Origin: Candidatus Pacearchaeota archaeon
GTDB lineage: Archaea; Nanobdellota; Nanobdellia; Pacearchaeales; GW2011-AR1
Length of the DNA: 59,403 nt
NCBI GenBank assembly: GCA_018221305.1
Contig: JAAOYK010000062.1
Coordinates: 1 to 59,403, forward strand
Reading direction: 5' to 3'
Of this stretch, positions 48,701 to 57,462 are shown in pieces (the stretch's first letter is position 1; each line of letters opens with the position of its first letter). The translations under genes and the position numbers were made by a program. The notes below the pieces were generated by a model, which saw only the letters and a list, made by a program, of their open reading frames with translations, had not been told where the DNA came from and searched no databases.

Positions 48701-49297
48701 ATGATGCACGATGCAAAAAAAGACATTACAGAATATATTACTAGATATAGCAAAGCATTAAGTGAAATGAACCATCCGGTTTTGCAAAAAGCAACAGACT
48801 TCTTGAGAACAAGAGATTATGGAACAATTTTTACTGCAGGAAATGGGGGAAGTATGTCAACTGCAGAACATATGGCAGCAGATTTAAACAAATGGACAAA
48901 TTCTGGTGATCAAAAAAAATATATTCGAGCGCAATGCTTAAATTCTAATCCTCCAGAAATGAGTGCATTAACTAATGATGTTGGTTGGTCAAAAGTGTAT
49001 GAAACGCTTTTAGACATATACCAGGCAAAAAAAGATGATGTGTTAATAGTTTATAGTGTTCATGGAGGAAAAGGAAAAGAAAAAGCAGGACAATGGAGCG
49101 AGAATTTGACAGGAGCAATAGATTGGATGAACAGAAAGGATGGAACAACAATAGGCATAACAGGCGGAGATGGTGGAGCATTTAAAGATCTTTGTGATTA
49201 TTGTATTATAGTACCATCAGCATCAACACCGATTGTTGAAGGGCTACATTCAGTTATAAGTCACATAATCGCAGATTCAGTACGTGCTCATAATTAA
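48701..49297 (+). CDS. gmhA: Phosphoheptose isomerase-like SIS protein
   Basis: AGNGGS...AEH.AAD, ALTND, DVLIVYSVHGG, S.N, TGGDGG, VEGLH. Confidence 0.82.
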   Translation: MMHDAKKDITEYITRYSKALSEMNHPVLQKATDFLRTRDYGTIFTAGNGGSMSTAEHMAADLNKWTNSGDQKKYIRAQCLNSNPPEMSALTNDVGWSKVYETLLDIYQAKKDDVLIVYSVHGGKGKEKAGQWSENLTGAIDWMNRKDGTTIGITGGDGGAFKDLCDYCIIVPSASTPIVEGLHSVISHIIADSVRAHN

Positions 49298-49367
49298 AAA
49301 AAAAGTTGTTATTTATATACTTTCAAAGATAATAAATTATTTAAACATATTTTAAAGACTCATATAC

Positions 49368-50234
49368 ATGGAAATAGAATTTTTTGCAGATACAGCAAGC
49401 ATACAAGAAATTAAACACTGTTTTGCAAATGGCGTAGATGACGGTATTACCACAAATCCAAAAATAATAGAAACAAGCGGCGACTTATCTAAAGGAATTA
49501 AGTCTGCATATCAATCATTAATTGAAAAATATCCAAACGTTCCCATTAGTCTTGAAACTGACTTAAGAGGACTAAATGTTAATGAAATAGAAGCTGTACC
49601 AGAACAAGTTAGTGAAATATTATTAGGTCAAGCATATGACTTAATGGATTTGAGTGAAAATGTGGTTATTAAAATTCCAATATGTACTGGAGGCCTTTTA
49701 GCTACACAAGAACTAACAAAACAAGGTATACGAACAAATGTTACTGCATGTATGACGCCTTATCAAGCACTTGCAGCTGCTCAAGCAGGAGGAACATATG
49801 TTAGCTTGTTTGCAAACCGAATGCTTGATTCAGAAATATTAGCACTTTCAGGAAATAAATTAGAAGAAATTGTTACAAATCCAGAATGGAAATCTATTGT
49901 GAAAGAAAATACTAAAAAACATTTTGATGAAGCATGGGGAAAAACATCAGGAGCAATTGCATATGTTGCAGAAAAATTAGATGGAACTAAATCTAAACTA
50001 ATTGTTGGCAGCATACGGTTGCCTGAAGATATTCATAAAATTGTTCAGGCAGGACCGCAAGTAATCACAATCCCTTATGGAATTGTAAGCCAAATGGGTG
50101 ATATGACGCATCTAAAAAATACACAAAGAACTATTGATTATACAGACGTAAAAGTTGGTAATTCAATAACTCATCCAATGACTCAATACACATTAGACGA
50201 ATTTGAAAAATCTGCAGATAAATATAGAAAATAA
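49368..50234 (+). CDS. tal: Transaldolase (small TalC/FSA-fold type, with an insertion)
   Basis: FADTA, GITTNP, SLE, VIKIP (Schiff-base Lys), NVTAC, YVSLFANR (Phe, i.e. transaldolase rather than FSA type), GSIR. Confidence 0.88.
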   Translation: MEIEFFADTASIQEIKHCFANGVDDGITTNPKIIETSGDLSKGIKSAYQSLIEKYPNVPISLETDLRGLNVNEIEAVPEQVSEILLGQAYDLMDLSENVVIKIPICTGGLLATQELTKQGIRTNVTACMTPYQALAAAQAGGTYVSLFANRMLDSEILALSGNKLEEIVTNPEWKSIVKENTKKHFDEAWGKTSGAIAYVAEKLDGTKSKLIVGSIRLPEDIHKIVQAGPQVITIPYGIVSQMGDMTHLKNTQRTIDYTDVKVGNSITHPMTQYTLDEFEKSADKYRK

Positions 50235-50240
50235 AGATAT

Positions 50241-51161
50241 TTAATTTTTAAATCTAAAAAAGTGCATCAGTTTAGTTTTTCTTAAAAAAGTATTAATTAT
50301 CTTTTGCTTAAAACTCCATGCAAACAGCCGATCATCTGACTCTCTATCAGCAACCATAAAAGGAGGATGTTTTAATGGGAAACTTAATTCTTTTGTAGGT
50401 AATGACCTTTTTTTGTCAAGGTAAGTCATGTTAGAAGCATTAGAAGACATTCCAATATTTGTTATAAGATTTTCATTAGGGATTATAACTAAGCCATTAT
50501 TATAAATTATATTATACACCCATTGAGGGTCCCATACCTGAAATCCATTAATAATATGTTTAAAGTTTGATTTAAGAACCATTCGTTCCAAAAAGTTAGG
50601 ATATACATCTTTTAGATATCCTTTATCTTTAAATTCTTTATATCCTTTCATGTCTGCACTGTAAGTCTTCCATGCACGCCGCCAGGTTGCCCAGCCCCAA
50701 GTATATGGAGATTTTGAAAAATAGTACGAATAATTGTCACGTTTCCAGCCCCTTTGACAGTTACTTCCTGCAATCTGCATGATTCTATCATCATGTTTAT
50801 ATTTTTCAAGTAGTTCCTGACAAAACCAATAAAAACTGTTATTTGGAATACAGTCATCCTCTAGAATGATACCATCCTCTACATGACTAAAAAACCAATC
50901 CAAAGTGTCAATATAACCACCTTTAAGGCCTTTGTTTGTTTCTTTGTAAAAAGTTTTTAACTGGCATGGCCAGTCAATCTTTGTAAATATTTTTTTAACC
51001 TCATCTACTAAAGGTTTATCATTTTCATTTCTTGGACCGTCTATTGCTACAAAAAGTTTTAAAGGCCTTACACGCCTAATAGATTCAAAAAGTTTTTCTG
51101 TTAATTCTGGTCTTATAAATGCAAGGACCAAGATTGGAGTTTTTAATTGTGGGGTTCTCAT
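50241..51161 (-). CDS. GT-A nucleotide-diphospho-sugar transferase
   Basis: F.RP, DGPR, IILEDDC, WGWATWRRAW, NLITNIG. Confidence 0.85.
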   Translation of the reverse strand: MRTPQLKTPILVLAFIRPELTEKLFESIRRVRPLKLFVAIDGPRNENDKPLVDEVKKIFTKIDWPCQLKTFYKETNKGLKGGYIDTLDWFFSHVEDGIILEDDCIPNNSFYWFCQELLEKYKHDDRIMQIAGSNCQRGWKRDNYSYYFSKSPYTWGWATWRRAWKTYSADMKGYKEFKDKGYLKDVYPNFLERMVLKSNFKHIINGFQVWDPQWVYNIIYNNGLVIIPNENLITNIGMSSNASNMTYLDKKRSLPTKELSFPLKHPPFMVADRESDDRLFAWSFKQKIINTFLRKTKLMHFFRFKN

Positions 51162-51166
51162 TTTAT

Positions 51167-51763
51167 TTAGTGGTTTTTTCGTTTAGTAAGTTTTAAGACA
51201 ATCCAACAGTGTGGAAGAAGAAAAGCAGAATTTTTAAATCTTCTCCTTTTCTGAATAACTCGGGTGTTAAAGCCTAATTTTCTCATCTGATCAATAATTT
51301 CATTCATTTTCCATCGTGACACATGACAATTAAAAGAATTTTTTTCTTTTTGTCGTTTTGGGTCTAATTTAGTATAAGGCACTGCTACATAACAAAACCC
51401 GTCATCATCTAATAAATCATAAACCTGAGACATAAGATATAAAGGATTTTTTATGTGTTCAAGCACTTCCATTAAAAAGATTGTTTTATATTTCCCTTTT
51501 AGATTTAGTCTTTTTGTTATATCTTTTTTGATAAATTTATAATTTCCAGCAAGATTCTCTTTTCCTGCTATATCAACTATTGTGGCCTTATCCACCCCTA
51601 AATATTTTAAAAAAGTTCCAGCTCCACCTCCAATTTCTAAAACTGGATCTTTAATCCTAAAACGTAAAGATCTGTATAAGCTTCTATAATAACCTGAATT
51701 AGAGTTTAGCTGCAAAGACCTTTTCCACCAAACTTCAGCAGTTTTTATGCAATCATTTTCCAT
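51167..51763 (-). CDS. Class I SAM-dependent methyltransferase
   Basis: VLEIGGGAG, VDI, EVLEHI..P, G...VAVP. Confidence 0.82.
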   Translation of the reverse strand: MENDCIKTAEVWWKRSLQLNSNSGYYRSLYRSLRFRIKDPVLEIGGGAGTFLKYLGVDKATIVDIAGKENLAGNYKFIKKDITKRLNLKGKYKTIFLMEVLEHIKNPLYLMSQVYDLLDDDGFCYVAVPYTKLDPKRQKEKNSFNCHVSRWKMNEIIDQMRKLGFNTRVIQKRRRFKNSAFLLPHCWIVLKLTKRKNH

Positions 51764-51857
51764 TATTTAAGGAAAAAGAATGATATTTTAAATATTTCTA
51801 TCAATTGATATAATCAATACCCTAAAACTTTTTAAAGTATAACTGGATTCAAAAGTT

Positions 51858-52793
51858 ATGAATATTTTAATTACAGGGTGTGACGGTTTTATAGGAAATG
51901 CATTAGTAGGTAAACTAAAAAATCGGTATAATAAGGTTATTGGATTTGGAAGAGAAAGAAATATGCAAGATAAAAAATTGCATACTCCTGACGTGTTTAT
52001 TCAAGGAGATGTTAGAGATTATGACCTTTTGCGCAGAGTTATCACAGATTATGAAATTGATGAAGTTTATCACTTAGCAGCACAAGCAATTGTAAGAACA
52101 TGTTCTAATGACCCGTACAGCACTTTTGATATTAATGTGATGGGAACAGTAAGTCTTTTAGAGGCATGTAGAAACTCTGGCCAAAATGTTAAAAGTATCA
52201 CAATATCTACCAGTGATAAAGCTTTTGGAGATGCTCCTATTCCTTATACTGAAGAAACCCAACTTAACCCGCAATATGTTTATGATACATCAAAAGGTTG
52301 TCAACAATTTGTATCTAGATGTTATTTTAATAATTATAACGTTCCAACAAAAGTTGTTGCATGTTCAAACATTTATGGTCCTGCAGATTTTAATATGTCA
52401 AGAATAATACCAAATACAGTAACACGTCTTGCAAAAGGTCAGCCAGCCCTACTAAATAAAGGAGTTGCAGATTATATAAGAGAATTTGTCTTTATTGACG
52501 ATGCTGCTAATGCTTTTATTGCAGTTTCAAGAAATGGAACACCTGGAGAAACTTATTGTTGTGGAGGAACTGAACATCTTCCTATAAAAGAGTTAATAGA
52601 AAGAATATGCACTATGATGGGAAAAGATTTTTCAGAAATTGAATTATTTGAAAGACCGTCCCAGTTTAAAGAAATACCAAAACAACAAATTGACTCAACA
52701 AAACTTCGTTCGCTTGGTTGGGCACCACAATATACCTTAAATGAAGGTTTACAAAAAAGTATTGAATTCTATTCAGATTTAGTAAAAAACTAA
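51858..52793 (+). CDS. NDP-sugar 4,6-dehydratase-like extended SDR (CDP-glucose/GDP-mannose dehydratase-like)
   Basis: TGCDGFIG, HLAAQAIV, NVMGT, STSDKAFG, YDTSK, NIYGP.D. Confidence 0.85.
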   Translation: MNILITGCDGFIGNALVGKLKNRYNKVIGFGRERNMQDKKLHTPDVFIQGDVRDYDLLRRVITDYEIDEVYHLAAQAIVRTCSNDPYSTFDINVMGTVSLLEACRNSGQNVKSITISTSDKAFGDAPIPYTEETQLNPQYVYDTSKGCQQFVSRCYFNNYNVPTKVVACSNIYGPADFNMSRIIPNTVTRLAKGQPALLNKGVADYIREFVFIDDAANAFIAVSRNGTPGETYCCGGTEHLPIKELIERICTMMGKDFSEIELFERPSQFKEIPKQQIDSTKLRSLGWAPQYTLNEGLQKSIEFYSDLVKN

Positions 52794-52825
52794 ATGAGCA
52801 CTTTATTTTCAGAATTTATTTTGTT

Positions 52826-54205
52826 TTAAGCCTTATGAAACTTTTTACTGACCCACAGCCCGAAAAAGTAAAAATATCTTGAAAAGACTGTTGCAAGCGC
52901 TGCACCGATTACTGCAAAATTATGACCTAATTTAAGTCCAAAATTTATTAAGACATAATTTAGTAAAACATTAAGTATTGTTGACAATATTAAAATTTTT
53001 GCAACAACTTTAATATTTTTTTGTGAAATAAAATAAGTTTCATAAAGGGAAATAATCGGAGTAACTATCAAAAGTAAAGACAAAATACGCAAATAAGTTA
53101 TTGACTGATGATATTCTTTACCATAAATTATTAGAATAAATATTCCTGCTACAAAAAAGGTTATAACAAAGAGGGCACAAGAGATTAAAAACATGATTTT
53201 TTGAGCCTTTTTAAGTCCACGATCCAATTTTTTTCCTTTAAGGCGACTAAATATTGGAAGCAGGGCAGATGAAGAAAAGCTTACTAAAGCTATCACAGAA
53301 GTGACAAGAACCAGGGCTGCAGAATAAAACCCGATTTGTACAGCAGGAAGATAATGACCTAACATTATACTATCAATGTACCCAAAAAATATTCCAGAAA
53401 GGTTCATAAATGCTATTGGTAAAACTAAAAGCCAAAAAGCCTTTATCTCGCTACGAGTTAACTTTTCAGGTTTTATCTTAAAAAGTTTTGATCGTTTTCG
53501 GTAAGTTATGAAAAGGTAAATTCCAGGAATAATAAATGTAACAGCTAAAACTAAAAACATAAAAAATAGGATTTTGTCTGGAGAGCCAAGTCTTTTAATA
53601 AAAAATACTAAAAATATTGGAACCAAGGTAAGTTTTAGTATTTGAAGAATTATTTCTTGATAAAAAGGAATTTTAAAATCATTATTTGAAGTAAATATTG
53701 GAATAATAAAATTAGAAATGTTCACTATAAGATAATAAAGCGATCCTGCAAGGAGTCCAAGATAAATTGGTTTTTGATAATAACCTCCTGCAAGCCATCT
53801 AGCAGAAAAAATAATGATAAAAACAGAGAAAAAAAGAAGAATTACTTTTGCTTTAAAAATATAATTCAAATATGCTTTTGCTTTTCTTGGCCTTGATTCA
53901 AGATTTCCTGATAAATATGTTATTAAAAGGGCTGCAAGACTAAACGTGAAAAAGCCACCAATTAAAGAAAGAGTTGCATTGATTAATCCATATAAACCAT
54001 AAAGCTCTGGCATTAACAAACGCGCAATCATAATTGTAAAAATTAATCCGCCCACTTTCGTAGTGATATTTCTGACAAACTGTAAAGTAGAATTTTTTAT
54101 AGCTATACCCTTATATCCTGAAAAGTCCCTAGTTTTAATCCTTATAAAAAAATCCTTTATGCTTGATTTCCCTTTCCTTACTTCATTTCTAATTCTGGAT
54201 CTCAT
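52826..54205 (-). CDS. Oligosaccharide flippase (Wzx/AglR, MOP superfamily)
   Basis: KNS, IARLL.PE.YG, D.IMLG..L....IGFYSAA, NVLLNY.LI...GAA.AT; many TM helices. Confidence 0.9.
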   Translation of the reverse strand: MRSRIRNEVRKGKSSIKDFFIRIKTRDFSGYKGIAIKNSTLQFVRNITTKVGGLIFTIMIARLLMPELYGLYGLINATLSLIGGFFTFSLAALLITYLSGNLESRPRKAKAYLNYIFKAKVILLFFSVFIIIFSARWLAGGYYQKPIYLGLLAGSLYYLIVNISNFIIPIFTSNNDFKIPFYQEIILQILKLTLVPIFLVFFIKRLGSPDKILFFMFLVLAVTFIIPGIYLFITYRKRSKLFKIKPEKLTRSEIKAFWLLVLPIAFMNLSGIFFGYIDSIMLGHYLPAVQIGFYSAALVLVTSVIALVSFSSSALLPIFSRLKGKKLDRGLKKAQKIMFLISCALFVITFFVAGIFILIIYGKEYHQSITYLRILSLLLIVTPIISLYETYFISQKNIKVVAKILILSTILNVLLNYVLINFGLKLGHNFAVIGAALATVFSRYFYFFGLWVSKKFHKA

Positions 54206-54266
54206 GGTCCTTTTTGTATTATATTTAACAAAATTTACGTATTTAATTAAGTTATGCAAATACTTT

Positions 54267-54731
54267 TTACAAACTAATAAGATTTTTTCCTTTTCTATTA
54301 AAGGCAATTGTATACAATAATGAGAATTTATAAAAAAGAGGATCCTTGCGGTGACAAAGGTCTACCCAGTCGGCAATCATATGAATCGCAATACCCAGCA
54401 ATACAAATATAAAAAAGTTCCAGAAAAAAGATAAAACTCCCAACAGGATCCAAAATTCTATGACATGGAAAATAAATAAAGGTTTTTTAAATTTTTTTCG
54501 TTTTGCTGGTGGCATTTTTTTTAGCATCTTTATAGTCTTAATTGACCAGCTCCAAAATCTAAATGGAGAAATATTTTTTTTACGAAAAATATAAAGTAAG
54601 TAATGGTCAAAATCAATAAATACTGAGGATAAAAAGATTATAAGCGTATTAAAAAATCCAATGAATGGAAAAATCGTATAAATTGCTACAGAGAGAATTA
54701 TCCCTATGATAAAATGTTTTTTTGGAAGCAT
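54267..54731 (-). CDS. Putative membrane-bound metal-dependent hydrolase
   Basis: PKKH, IDFDH, FH..E and H..AD His/Asp motifs on TM helices. Confidence 0.6.
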   Translation of the reverse strand: MLPKKHFIIGIILSVAIYTIFPFIGFFNTLIIFLSSVFIDFDHYLLYIFRKKNISPFRFWSWSIKTIKMLKKMPPAKRKKFKKPLFIFHVIEFWILLGVLSFFWNFFIFVLLGIAIHMIADWVDLCHRKDPLFYKFSLLYTIAFNRKGKNLISL

Positions 54732-54736
54732 TTTTT

Positions 54737-54943
54737 TTATTTTTTGAGCCCCCACCGAACCTTAATCCACACCCTTTCGTGAACATAATAAACAATCATT
54801 TTGACAATGACCTCTACAATTCCTAAAGATAGTGCTAGGGCTAATTCTCCTGTAAAAATATAGACCAAAATTACAGTAGTTATTGTTGCACAAATGCGCC
54901 ACGTAATACTTTTAAAAATACTTCTTCTCTTTCTCTCTTTCAT
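54737..54943 (-). CDS. DUF2061 small membrane protein
   Basis: RSIFKSITWR..AT...YYVHERVW..VRWG. Confidence 0.85.
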   Translation of the reverse strand: MKERKRRSIFKSITWRICATITTVILVYIFTGELALALSLGIVEVIVKMIVYYVHERVWIKVRWGLKK

Positions 54944-54953
54944 TTGCTCAAAA

Positions 54954-56459
54954 TTAATCTTTTAATATACGCTTTACAATCTCTGAGAATGCTGGCCGCG
55001 TAATAAATACGCCTGCTGAAATCCCAATAATAGTGGTTATTGCAAATCCTTTAAGCAGACCAGCTCCGGCCCATATTAAAGGTAATAAAGCAAAAAGCGT
55101 AGTTATGTAAGTTCCAAAAATAATGAATAAAGCATTTTTGACACGTTCTCGCAAAGATATAGTTTTACTCATCTGGGATTCATCTAAAATTATGATCTGT
55201 GAGTCCACCCCAGTACCAATGGCTGCGATTATTCCTGCGATTGCTGGAAGGTCTAAATTTCTTTTAAATAATGCAGAAATTCCAAGAATGATCAAAACTT
55301 CACATAAACTTGTTAAAAGAACTGCGATTGATAATTTTAATTTTTTATACCTAAAAAAGACTATTAGACCAACAGCAAGTATTGCGGCAAGACCTGAAAA
55401 CAAAATTGTTTGAATAAATTTTTTACCAAGCAATGGAGAGATTGTGTCAATCTTTTCTATAGTTAACTTGTATGGTAATTTTCCAGTAATAAGAATTGTT
55501 TGAAGCTTCTTCATATTCTTTGTTGCGTCATCATAAGCTTCTTTTCTTGCAGCACCAGAGCCAGAACCACTAATTGAAATTTGTGTTGTCCTGCTTCCTT
55601 TCAAATCTTTTGAAATAAATAAAGAATCAACTAAAATGTCGTCAACATAAAGGTCTAATTTCTTTTCTAGATATTGGGGATTAGTTGTATTCACGCCTAA
55701 TTTAGCGGTTATGTCTGCATGCCTTTTTGCTGCAACATCGCTTAAAGTTATCGCAAACCTAAAGCTACAAAAATCTCCACTAGAACTAACATCACAGGTA
55801 TAGATTCCTGCACGTTCCCCGCTTCGTGCGACATAAGTTACATCTTCTCCTCCAGAAAATACTGTTTCATTCCCAATCTTTGCTTCAAATTTTCCTTGTT
55901 TAGAAATAAGACCTTCTAATTCTCTTGGAGTAGAACCTGCAATCTCTATTAACATATAATTTTTTCCACCCAGGTCTGTTACTGGACGAATAGCGATATC
56001 TTTTAATCCATAAACATTTAATCTTTCATCAGTAACTGCAATTAGATCTGCTAACTCTTGTGAACTAATATCTTCTTCTGTTGAAACTAATGCACGTGCT
56101 CCGCCAGACAAATCAAGACCAGTTTTTATTCTTGTTTTGTCTATGTCTCGCACACTTATTTGTGGCGTTTGGTTAGTTAATAAGATAATATTATTACCCT
56201 GAGAAGTCATGGTTAATTTTACTTCTTCAGTTGTTGGAAAAATTGAATTAATAACGGTTTTATAATCATTAAAATTATTTATAGGAATATCATTTATTAG
56301 AGTAATGATCTGACCTGAACGCAGTCCTGCATTATAATAAGTACTATTTTGTTCAACTGATACAATCTCTACACCTTTATCAAAATTTAACGGAAAGATT
56401 GATAAAAGAGAAGCTATGACTGCAAAAATTAATATCCAAATTTTCCAATTAAGTTTCAT
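54954..56459 (-). CDS. secD: Protein translocase subunit SecD (archaeal)
   Basis: GLDLSGG, RLNVYGL, GKFEA, L.TGKLP, LDLPAIAGIIAAIGTGVD, GFAITT. Confidence 0.93.
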   Translation of the reverse strand: MKLNWKIWILIFAVIASLLSIFPLNFDKGVEIVSVEQNSTYYNAGLRSGQIITLINDIPINNFNDYKTVINSIFPTTEEVKLTMTSQGNNIILLTNQTPQISVRDIDKTRIKTGLDLSGGARALVSTEEDISSQELADLIAVTDERLNVYGLKDIAIRPVTDLGGKNYMLIEIAGSTPRELEGLISKQGKFEAKIGNETVFSGGEDVTYVARSGERAGIYTCDVSSSGDFCSFRFAITLSDVAAKRHADITAKLGVNTTNPQYLEKKLDLYVDDILVDSLFISKDLKGSRTTQISISGSGSGAARKEAYDDATKNMKKLQTILITGKLPYKLTIEKIDTISPLLGKKFIQTILFSGLAAILAVGLIVFFRYKKLKLSIAVLLTSLCEVLIILGISALFKRNLDLPAIAGIIAAIGTGVDSQIIILDESQMSKTISLRERVKNALFIIFGTYITTLFALLPLIWAGAGLLKGFAITTIIGISAGVFITRPAFSEIVKRILKD

Positions 56460-57346
56460 AATCTTGCCTCCTTCCTTTCAAGATACCATTTTAAAATTGA
56501 AGCGTTTGTTATCCAAGTATTTAGAATATCAAAAACAAGACCAATAAGTATAATTGTCAAAATCTGTCCTAGAACGTCTGAGAAAGATTTGGTTATAAAT
56601 AAGGCCACTGAAATAGCGGCAATTGATGTCAAGGTCATAGTTATCCCAGTTTTGAATGCTTGCGTTAAACTTCTTTCTCGACCACGCCGTTTTAGCAAAC
56701 GAGTTGTCAGCATTATATCTGTATCAACACTATATCCAATAAGCATCAAAAATGCAATGATTCCTGCACTTGAAACCCTAATGCCTAAAAGGTTTACAAA
56801 AGCCAGAGTCATCATTATATCTGCAAATGCTGACAAAACTGCAGCAAGGCTTGGAATAAAGGTTCGGAAAATTAAAAAGACAACAATAGCCATTAAAATA
56901 AATGATAAGATTACAGATATTCTTAGCTGTTTGTAAAAAGAACCACTTAAAGATGATCCTGTAAACTCAATGTTTGAGTTTCCCTCATCTAGATCATAAC
57001 CTAAAAAATCTTCTAAAACATCCCTTAAAACATCAGAGTGAACAGAACTTTCAACAATTACAGCTTCTTGACGCCCGGTCCTAAAATTTGATAATTCGCG
57101 TACAGTAAAGTCAGGCAAGGATCCTTCTAAAGTTGTTTTTAGATTGTTTAGATTAACTTCTGTTTCTGGGAAAAGCGTAATCGTGGTTCCACCAGTTAAA
57201 GAAACGTCTTTTCTAATAAAATCTCCAGTTACAGTATAAAAATAAAAAAGATAACCTAAAGATAAAACCAACAGTATTGCAGGTATCAAGAGTAGTCTTT
57301 TATAATTTTTATTATAAGTTTTTCTTAAATTTTGCTTTATCTTCAT
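56456..57346 (-). CDS. secF: Protein translocase subunit SecF (archaeal)
   Basis: LTGGT, FRTFIPS, IAFLMLIGYSVDTDI, TGITMT, D..NTW..NA. Confidence 0.93.
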   Translation of the reverse strand: MKIKQNLRKTYNKNYKRLLLIPAILLVLSLGYLFYFYTVTGDFIRKDVSLTGGTTITLFPETEVNLNNLKTTLEGSLPDFTVRELSNFRTGRQEAVIVESSVHSDVLRDVLEDFLGYDLDEGNSNIEFTGSSLSGSFYKQLRISVILSFILMAIVVFLIFRTFIPSLAAVLSAFADIMMTLAFVNLLGIRVSSAGIIAFLMLIGYSVDTDIMLTTRLLKRRGRERSLTQAFKTGITMTLTSIAAISVALFITKSFSDVLGQILTIILIGLVFDILNTWITNASILKWYLERKEARL

Positions 57347-57462
57347 TTTTTTATAAATTATTTCAGGATTTAATGCTTTTAAAGGTTACTTATTTATCTT
57401 AAAATTTAGATGAGTCTTAAAACTTTCACACTAATCCAGAATTTGATAAGGCCATTGCATGA

